Assembly: GCA_019057865.1 (NCBI GenBank)
Contig: JAHLWP010000004.1
Span: 32,001 to 96,000, forward strand
Origin: Promethearchaeota archaeon
GTDB taxonomy: Archaea > Asgardarchaeota > Lokiarchaeia > Sigyniarchaeales > SOKP01
Direction: 5' to 3'
Length of the DNA stretch: 64,000 bases
Part shown: piece after piece, positions 39,601 to 46,326 of the stretch
Position numbering within the stretch: the stretch's first letter is position 1
Layout of the letters: the number at the start of each line of letters is the position of its first letter
Translations under genes and position numbers: made by a program
Notes under the pieces: model-generated
Seen by the model: only the letters and a program-made list of their open reading frames with translations
Database searches by the model: none
What the model was told of the DNA's origin: nothing

Positions 39601-42370
39601 CAGTACTCTGAACCACATCTTTATATTCTATAATAACATTAAAAATTTGTTTTGTGGTATAAATAGAACCATCTGAAGGAGAAATAGTTATCAATGAAGT
39701 AGTTCCAATAACAATTGGAAATAATGAATCGCTTTTTATATAATAATTCAGTTTGCTTGCATTAACTCTTATATTAAAAGCTCCATAACTACTAAAAATA
39801 CCATCACTGCAATCAATTGTAATATTATAATTTCCATTTCCTGTATAAACTAAAGAAGGACTTGTATAAGGCGTTCCATAAACATCAACATCAATTGTAG
39901 CACCATCTAATCCTTGATTTCGAGAGGTATCCTTAAAATTTGCTGTTATAATAAAACTTTCATCTGAATAATAAAAAGATTTATCTGGCCATTTAGTAAG
40001 CGTTAGTGCTGTAACACCAGTAATTGTTATACTAAGAGGTTCACTTTGGTTATAATAATACGATTTACTCGCATTTATAATAATATTTTGTAATCCATAA
40101 TTTCCAAATTGAGTATCGTTACACTTAACGGTTATATTATACTTATTATCACCAATTGATTTTATATTATCCCAGCGATAGGTATTTCCCCCATCAAGAC
40201 TATAATTTAAAGCAGGTGCATCAATAATTTCATTTCTAATTGTATTGTTATATTTAACTGTAATATTGAATGTATTTGAAGAATCAAATGATGCCCCATT
40301 TAAAGGGGAAATAATTGTTAGAGAAGTCTCACCCAAAATTATAATATCTATTGACTCACTCTGGTTATTATAATATTGCTTACTTGCATTAACAGTAATA
40401 CTATTGGGTCCATTAGAACTAAATTCGGGATCGTTACAATCAATTGTAATATTATAAAGCCCATTACCTAAAGCAGTAATATTATCAGTTCTAAAATTAT
40501 TTGAATTTAATCTATACGAAATAGTCGCATCAGATATGTTTTTAGGAGGAAATCCCGTATATCCTGTATCATTGAAGAAAGCTGTTATATTAAAAATATC
40601 GCTGGCATCAAACGTTAAAGATGGTAAATTGACAAATTTTAATTCTGTTTCTCCTAATATTGTTAAATTTCCTATTAAAAGCCCCGCAGCTGTACCATTA
40701 TTCCAGGCTAAGTATATAGGAAAAGCACCATATTGGGAAATATCATTAGAAATATCCCAATCTACTACAGTAAATTCTGTATCTGGAGTTAATAGTGAAA
40801 GATCTATAACATTGGTATAGACTAAATAATTGGGTGCTGGATTATATATGCTTAAATTAAGATATCCTGAATTTATAACTTCAATAAAAGTGGCATTAAA
40901 TCGTACAATATCAGAATAATTTGCTATAGTTGATGGAATACCTGAAATATAAGTATCTATAGAAGAAAGAAGATTAGTTGAATTTGCTGTTAAATACCAG
41001 TAAGTACCATTTCCTGCATTTGGGATATTAATTTCCCTATAACCATTTCCTAATAGCCGTTTAATAATAGTTGGGGTTCTATCATCAGTACCATTAAAAA
41101 CTTCTATGCTGCTATTAATCCAAGTAGCAGGTATTGTAAAGTTAATTTCATAATCATCAAATCCTATACTAAAAAAGTTTAAACCATCTTCTCGGGTAAC
41201 ATTCCATTCTGCTAATTCACCACTTCCAGAGACATAAAATTCAGAACTAGCGGTTAAATCTGTTTTGGTGTAATTAATTTGAACTTGAGAGATATTACAA
41301 GTAACATCCCACCAATCTGCTGAAACTGTATACTGTAATTCACCTGAAGCACTACTATTGACCTCGAATGATTCCCAATATCCAGAACCATTAATATAAG
41401 AAAATCCATTAACTGGTTTATTGTTAATTTTCATTCCAATATTTTCTGGGTTTGGAGTATTATTAATAGGTATTACTCCAACTCTGGCCATAAAATCGAT
41501 GGTATAAGAACCTGTATCTAAATCAACTAATTCATCCCAAGTTAGTGATACTGTATATTCCATGCTTTTGGTCTCATCAACACCGTCTCCATCTCCAGAG
41601 GGTGGATCTTCAACATAAAACCAACGAGCATCTGTTGGAGCATCTTGAATAAATCCAAAAAACCATAAATTATTTTCTGTTTTTGAATTATTTAAAAAAT
41701 AATTAATTCCTGTGAGACTATGCCATCCCTCATCATCTGCAGGAAACTCCAACTTACCAAGATTAACACCTTGATGATCCCCATCAGGCTTTCCATCAGA
41801 GGTAGAATTGTATAAAAATACTGTAAGATTACCCGCGCTTATTGCTGTTTTATATATATAAGCTGAAATATTTTCTAGATATCCACTTGAAGGCATTATA
41901 AATGAAGTAACTTTAGGATGTAAACTATCAAGTTCATATCTAAAATCTTTAGGATCATCCTCAATGGTCATATTCCTATTAGGAACATATATATCTTTTA
42001 TATCAATTTTCGTATAACTCGAATTAAATGAAATATCTGTTGGGCATGGTAATTTGAATTGATTATTATCCGAATCAGAAGTATTTAATGATGTATTAAA
42101 AGAGGTATTTAAATAAGATTGATGCAGCTTAATATCTATACTTCCTCCAGAACCATTAAATGAAGTTTGATAATCAGAAGTCCTAAGATTGTCCATTTGA
42201 AAATCATCCGATTCAAATTCATTAGGATTTTCTTCTTCAAGTAAACTATTATTTTCAATAAAATTCCAATGAATCCAATTGACATTAAGAATTATTGTAC
42301 CAAGTATTAAAAGAAAAATAGAAGTTGCTTTTATCCTCTTTTTGATTTTTAACCTATTCATAGAAATCAA
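36665..42370 (-). CDS. giant type I membrane protein: beta-rich ectodomain, TM helix, cytoplasmic longin/roadblock-like domain and helical tail
   Basis: N-terminal signal/TM, many N-x-S/T sequons, internal repeats, TM YIIIIGAVAAVGAGSVAIY + KKREKKR, then HILVLYKGTGTCVY...DPELISGFISAVSSFGKE. Confidence 0.8.
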   Translation of the reverse strand: MISMNRLKIKKRIKATSIFLLILGTIILNVNWIHWNFIENNSLLEEENPNEFESDDFQMDNLRTSDYQTSFNGSGGSIDIKLHQSYLNTSFNTSLNTSDSDNNQFKLPCPTDISFNSSYTKIDIKDIYVPNRNMTIEDDPKDFRYELDSLHPKVTSFIMPSSGYLENISAYIYKTAISAGNLTVFLYNSTSDGKPDGDHQGVNLGKLEFPADDEGWHSLTGINYFLNNSKTENNLWFFGFIQDAPTDARWFYVEDPPSGDGDGVDETKSMEYTVSLTWDELVDLDTGSYTIDFMARVGVIPINNTPNPENIGMKINNKPVNGFSYINGSGYWESFEVNSSASGELQYTVSADWWDVTCNISQVQINYTKTDLTASSEFYVSGSGELAEWNVTREDGLNFFSIGFDDYEINFTIPATWINSSIEVFNGTDDRTPTIIKRLLGNGYREINIPNAGNGTYWYLTANSTNLLSSIDTYISGIPSTIANYSDIVRFNATFIEVINSGYLNLSIYNPAPNYLVYTNVIDLSLLTPDTEFTVVDWDISNDISQYGAFPIYLAWNNGTAAGLLIGNLTILGETELKFVNLPSLTFDASDIFNITAFFNDTGYTGFPPKNISDATISYRLNSNNFRTDNITALGNGLYNITIDCNDPEFSSNGPNSITVNASKQYYNNQSESIDIIILGETSLTIISPLNGASFDSSNTFNITVKYNNTIRNEIIDAPALNYSLDGGNTYRWDNIKSIGDNKYNITVKCNDTQFGNYGLQNIIINASKSYYYNQSEPLSITITGVTALTLTKWPDKSFYYSDESFIITANFKDTSRNQGLDGATIDVDVYGTPYTSPSLVYTGNGNYNITIDCSDGIFSSYGAFNIRVNASKLNYYIKSDSLFPIVIGTTSLITISPSDGSIYTTKQIFNVIIEYKDVVQSTGIPGATVVYSLNEGNNYRGDNITYIGSGRYNIEIYAGHSDFNQFGFIDLIFNASKTNYKNLSILLTIHRQITTIITPSNNASLGPVMRGLNVSYSFDYSDTLGNPINEATWERISPSYNFITYLANNGDGDYTMHFDTSYVDVSGSPYIFMFNISAIGNETQVLNITIEVNVINTNIVNLSWLSTIARHSGLNQSISFYFNDTTNNEPVLNLTTEDVIVRNNVTGNIWDTGDFNWSLNNPWNNGTYILDVSTNGLDAGWYTLEIRVSDFPNYDLSYAYVTFYLRGNYAKIGLISVTDPGGVLTPLGPINNFTFYIGSNINLEFNYTEAEFGDTIILGDADYYIVTYENLDNSSINGVLSHTFDFVYDTPSFGTHIGSLTTQNLAIGDYSIEILLVRKNYENTTFVFYAIVKDKLDINISIYNRPFDVNAGDSFTISFFIELYDGTDWIPLSNVNVELIPFIDGNPASPLFNNTNLGSYVYFEITIPNNARNITLTVNVDSTFYYKSDSLNVQGFKVIPFDAGLRLEDFMPYIIIIGAVAAVGAGSVAIYRGLVVPKKREKKRVLTEVRTIFDDAINLEHILVLYKGTGTCVYFKSFGSEAIDPELISGFISAVSSFGKEMVAQKALNEITYGDKMLLLADGEYIRVALVLSKKASIILRKHLTEFIAAFGKTYESELPNWRGQLNFFRNAGVFVDEIFNTSIILPHKITYEFSDVKSLKTSHSKDVLKIAHSCCEEAERDFFFIATLLKEATERTKKDTAEIFSGIKELRDNKILMPIEISTIEARPISQQELNLISQKVAGLISLSPEEKQKLVNDLAQMGPAEREAYFASIMERQEIVSAPMKVGVVKIENLKSAKKEIKNLKKNAALAMKENDYDKVITIYQNALMIATNWEIQKEFEELEDLIRRTKIVDFKAKMKKLEKGAKLAAKEEHYSEATQKFRMASRIASEIFKLGVTGMTKEVKRLSNKSKEYEKLI
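39400..40660 (-). repeat. four ~105-aa Ig-like repeats within the giant protein (approximate bounds)
   Basis: Recurring G.T.L...FNIT...GNG.YNIT.DC.D..F...I.VNASK.YY units about 315 nt apart. Confidence 0.75.
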
Positions 42371-42639
42371 ATAGTTTATATTTATTTTAAATTGATAGAT
42401 TCGAATTTACTAATTTAATAACTTTTCTTGTATTAAATTAATTATTTTTTTTGAATATTAATTTTGTAATTAATCAATTCATAATAATATCATAATTTAT
42501 ACTTTTTCAAAATAACCACTATTCTTTCAAATTTATTTGTAAAAATAGAAAGACAAATCTTTTAATAATCAATAAAAGTGAAAAATAGAAACTAAATGAT
42601 GTAATTCCAATAAAGGAATTTAGGTATAATATTGTGTTT

Positions 42640-42863
42640 TTAATTTTTCTTTAAAATAATTCTTGCATCTACACAAATTAGACCTTTTTCATAGATAAAC
42701 ACAGGATTTAAATCCATTTCGTTAATTTCTTCATGTTTAATAACGAAATCTGAGACTTTCAATAAAATATTAACTATAGCATCTATGTCTGCTTTAGGTT
42801 TTCCACGGTATCCGTCTAGGATTGGGAAGCCCTTAATTTCATGAATCATTTCTTTTACAATCA
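42640..42863 (-). pseudogene. orphan 3' fragment of the ADP-forming acetate--CoA ligase beta subunit gene
   Basis: 59/70 aa identical to the C-terminus of 44323..45009; homology begins abruptly at TGATTGTA with a +1 base just after it; no 5' portion. Confidence 0.9.
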
Positions 42864-44545
42864 CTTTAATATTCAAAATTTTCAACTTTATAGAATAATT
42901 TTATAAATATTTATCCAAAGATCCTCTATTTTTATTAAAAAGATTATTTTTCATACAATTTTTGTATTTTAATCTAATATTCTGAATGCCATATAAATCT
43001 TGGACTTGTTCATTAAATTGTTTAATAATTTCTTTTATGGCTTTTTTAGGATTCTTTTCAAGACATTTTTTATCAAATCCGTGAATTTCTTTAATTCTTA
43101 TAAGTATAGTCTCATGATCATTGGTAAGTTTATTTTTCTTTATATCATTTTTTTGAGCATATTCATATTCTTCTAATGATTTATGAAAATAATTTGGATA
43201 TTTATCGTGTTGTTTCCCATCAAATTCGCATGCAACTTTAAATTCTTTACCCTCAATTAAAACACTTTCATTATATCCATCAAATTTTAACATACCTTCA
43301 CCTGGCTTATATCTTAAACCATATGCTTTCGTTAGTGTTGTGTGGGAAAATTTTTTACCAAAAATCGCTTCCATATATTCCAATAAATATTCTTGGCATT
43401 TGAGTTGATAACAATAAGGACACCAAGATTTACGATATAAGAGATTTGAAACCATAACTGACCAACTGTGACCTTCTTGACATTTTATAGTTACGTATCT
43501 TCTTGAGATAATATCTTCCATATCGTCAAATTCCTTTTCCTTTGTTATTAATTTACCATGCTTAGATTGAATATATTTCTTAATACGATTATGGTCTATT
43601 CTTTGTCTACCACCACTAATACATAAATTTATCGTCCATATTTTATTGTACATTTCTTGAGCATTTTCTAAAACTTCTTCCGCCATAAAGGAAGGCAAAA
43701 ATTCATTCTTTAAATATTCCATAATCCAATTTGTTATAGTATTTGGATCAACCCCAAACTCTTGAGCATAATCAATGAGTTGATCAATTTTTCCTATTTC
43801 CTTAGGGAAATAATTTTTTAATTGGAATTGAAGCTTTTTTAGAAACTCTTGCTTATTTATTTTAGTTTTCTCTTTAAGTGTAGGCCATAATTTATTATAT
43901 ATGATTTCAGCCCTTTTAATACCATATTTTTGATTAAGATATTGAATTAAAGTTCTTCTAAATTTATTAAAAGATAATCCGAAATGTTTTGCAAATCCTC
44001 TTATGGATTTAAAATGTTTAAATCTCTTAATCTTTTCAATATGATCCTCTGGAACATCCCCCAAAAGATTATCAAAATATTGAAATAATGACATTTTATT
44101 TTGTCCCGATATATATGTAACTTCAAATATCTTTGTGGTTAATTATTAAATCATTTTACTTAAATTAAAGGATTAGAGAGAATAAATTTTCTAATTACTC
44201 AATATGTTTTTAATTTCAAACTTATGAGAATATAATCTCAAATAGTAATTTTGCTAGTAAATGCATAGATCTAATTTAGCATTCAAGGACGACTATATTA
44301 AAAAAATTCTAAAAAAAAGAACTCATTTATTTTTTAGAATTATTCTAGCATCTACACATATAAGTCCCTTTTCGTAAATAAAAACGGGATTTAGATCTAA
44401 TTCATTTATTTCTTCATATTTAATAACGAGATCAGAAATCTTCATTAAAGTATCAACAATAGCATTAATATCTGCTTTAGGTTTTCCCCGATATCCATCT
44501 AATATAGGAAACCCTTTAATCTCCCTTATCATCTCTCTACAATCA
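42864..44545 (-). mobile_element. putative free-standing homing-endonuclease element carrying a replacement 3' end of the ACD beta gene
   Basis: Endonuclease gene flanked by two diverged copies of the same gene 3' end; 8-mer TACAATCA at both junctions (42856-42863, 44538-44545). Confidence 0.6.
42901..44094 (-). CDS. HTH / zinc-ribbon / Vsr-like (EDxHD-type) endonuclease
   Basis: HTH-like SIRGFAKHFGLSFNKF and YAQEFGVDPNTITNW, CQEGHSW...WCPYC, LKFDGY...ACEFDGKQH...NDIKK...ILIRI. Confidence 0.75.
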   Translation of the reverse strand: MSLFQYFDNLLGDVPEDHIEKIKRFKHFKSIRGFAKHFGLSFNKFRRTLIQYLNQKYGIKRAEIIYNKLWPTLKEKTKINKQEFLKKLQFQLKNYFPKEIGKIDQLIDYAQEFGVDPNTITNWIMEYLKNEFLPSFMAEEVLENAQEMYNKIWTINLCISGGRQRIDHNRIKKYIQSKHGKLITKEKEFDDMEDIISRRYVTIKCQEGHSWSVMVSNLLYRKSWCPYCYQLKCQEYLLEYMEAIFGKKFSHTTLTKAYGLRYKPGEGMLKFDGYNESVLIEGKEFKVACEFDGKQHDKYPNYFHKSLEEYEYAQKNDIKKNKLTNDHETILIRIKEIHGFDKKCLEKNPKKAIKEIIKQFNEQVQDLYGIQNIRLKYKNCMKNNLFNKNRGSLDKYL

Positions 44546-45009
44546 TACTCAGTTACTGGCGCAATTCTAAAACTTACATCTTCTAATAGTTCTACAAGTA
44601 TACCTCCAATACCGAACATTAAAGCAGGACCAAATTGTGCATCAGTTGTCATTCCAATAATCAGTTCGGTTATTGGTTCGTCTGCCATTTTTTGGACTGA
44701 GATTTTTTTCTCTTTCTGAGACGGGATATTCATAAGATCTTTGTAAGCTGCTTCTAATTCATCTTTATCCTTGATGTTTAACTTTACAGCTCCAGTATCA
44801 GATTTATGCACAATATCTTCAGCGATAAGTTTTAAAACCACAGGGAAACCAATTTCTTCAGCTGCAGATATAGTCTCATCTATCGAAGTAATTAGTCTTT
44901 GAGAAGGAACTGATATGCCAATTTCTTGTAATAATTCCTTAGACTCAAATTCAGTGAGAATTGTCTCATTAGATTCAATTTTATTTTTTAAAACTTCAGA
45001 AATATCCAT
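44323..45009 (-). CDS. acetate--CoA ligase (ADP-forming) beta subunit, ATP-grasp
   Basis: LTEFESKELL, IGFPVVLK, HKSDTGAV, FGPALMFGIGG, LDLNP, VDARI. Confidence 0.92.
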   Translation of the reverse strand: MDISEVLKNKIESNETILTEFESKELLQEIGISVPSQRLITSIDETISAAEEIGFPVVLKLIAEDIVHKSDTGAVKLNIKDKDELEAAYKDLMNIPSQKEKKISVQKMADEPITELIIGMTTDAQFGPALMFGIGGILVELLEDVSFRIAPVTEYDCREMIREIKGFPILDGYRGKPKADINAIVDTLMKISDLVIKYEEINELDLNPVFIYEKGLICVDARIILKNK

Positions 45010-45151
45010 TGTAATATTCTCTTTAATAATTTAGAACTTAATACTTCTAATGATTTAATAAAATTATAATAAAAATTTAAAATTAATGAATATACTAATA
45101 AAACAGAAATCAAAATTAAAAAAAAAAATATTTTCCTTAATAAAGATAGAT

Positions 45152-46258
45152 ATGACTGGAGAAAAAGAAAGAAATATTTCGGTTTTATTGAAAAATCTCA
45201 TAGATTCTCATCAGGATTTAGAAATAGCTTTTCTTTACTCGAGAGAAGGACTATTGATTTCTAAATATGGGAGATTGGAGGATCGAGGAGAATCTGAGAC
45301 AGAAAATGAATTAGAAGTGATCTATGGCGCAATTACTACCATAGCAGAGAATTTATTAAATAGAATTAGTAATGAATATAAGATAGGACATTTTGGGAGC
45401 GGATCTTTTGAAACTCCTGACCATAGGATAATTTTTCTCGAAGCTGGTTCTGAAGCAATATTAATACTTTTCTGTAATTATGAAATAAACTTAAATCAAA
45501 TTTTTCCAGTTGCTTATCTTGTGGCTGAAAAAATAACACAATTATTAGAAGAAAGTTTTGATTTCAAATTTAATTCCTTAGATATTCCAGATTTAAATAT
45601 TCATGAAGATTTTTCCTTAAAATTAGATCAATATCGTTCTGTAGATGGAAAACAGCCTATAATTGAAAATGTTTCAATGGAATATCATATAAAGAAATCT
45701 AAAGACATAAAGAATGCATTTAAATTGATAATATTAGGCTCTGCTGCTGTTGGAAAAACTACATTAGTAAGAAGCTTTTTGAAAAAGGAGCAAACCCAAG
45801 ATTACCGAGCTACGATTGGAATTGCGATTAGCTCAAAACAGTTTTATATTCAAGGTTTTAAGGATGATAAAATCAACTTTCTTATCTATGATTTAGCTGG
45901 TCAAGAATTTTTCAAACGAATTCGGCATGAATATTATAAAGGAGCAAACTGTGCTTTTGTTGTTTATGATATTACACGAAGAGAAACTTTTGACGAAGGA
46001 ATTGATTATTGGTTTAAGGATGCTAGAGAGGAATTAGGAAATATACCATTTGTTATAATAGGTAATAAGGTTGACTTAGAAAACCAAAGACAAGTATCAA
46101 AAGAAGAAGGACTGAAAAAAGCGGCAGAATTGAAAAGCTTTTTTATTGAGACTTCAGCATTATATAATATTAATGTTCAAGATACTTTTAAATTAATAGG
46201 AATTGGTTTATTTTTCAAATCTGAAGATGAATTAATAAAAGCTGATGAAACCTTTTAA
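45152..46258 (+). CDS. roadblock/LC7-domain fused to Rab-like small GTPase
   Basis: N-terminal AFLYSREGLLISK...LEAGSEAIL; G1 GSAAVGKT, G2 ATIG, G3 DLAGQE, G4 NKVD, G5 ETSA; start could be 45086. Confidence 0.9.
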   Translation: MTGEKERNISVLLKNLIDSHQDLEIAFLYSREGLLISKYGRLEDRGESETENELEVIYGAITTIAENLLNRISNEYKIGHFGSGSFETPDHRIIFLEAGSEAILILFCNYEINLNQIFPVAYLVAEKITQLLEESFDFKFNSLDIPDLNIHEDFSLKLDQYRSVDGKQPIIENVSMEYHIKKSKDIKNAFKLIILGSAAVGKTTLVRSFLKKEQTQDYRATIGIAISSKQFYIQGFKDDKINFLIYDLAGQEFFKRIRHEYYKGANCAFVVYDITRRETFDEGIDYWFKDAREELGNIPFVIIGNKVDLENQRQVSKEEGLKKAAELKSFFIETSALYNINVQDTFKLIGIGLFFKSEDELIKADETF

Positions 46259-46326
46259 AATATATAATGCTTAAAGATTTATTTAAAAATTTTTTTAGAA
46301 AATAAAAATAGAATAAAACCAATTAT

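Noticed and set aside
36665-42370. Diversity-generating retroelement target or intein in the giant protein or RadA
   Set aside because: No reverse transcriptase, no near-identical TR/VR pair and no intein splice motifs seen.
42640-42885. 81-aa ORF as an independent gene
   Set aside because: The first ~10 codons are non-homologous filler from a TTG; the rest is the displaced ACD beta tail.
42864-44545. IS element or provirus
   Set aside because: No transposase or integrase motifs, no terminal inverted repeats and no viral genes.
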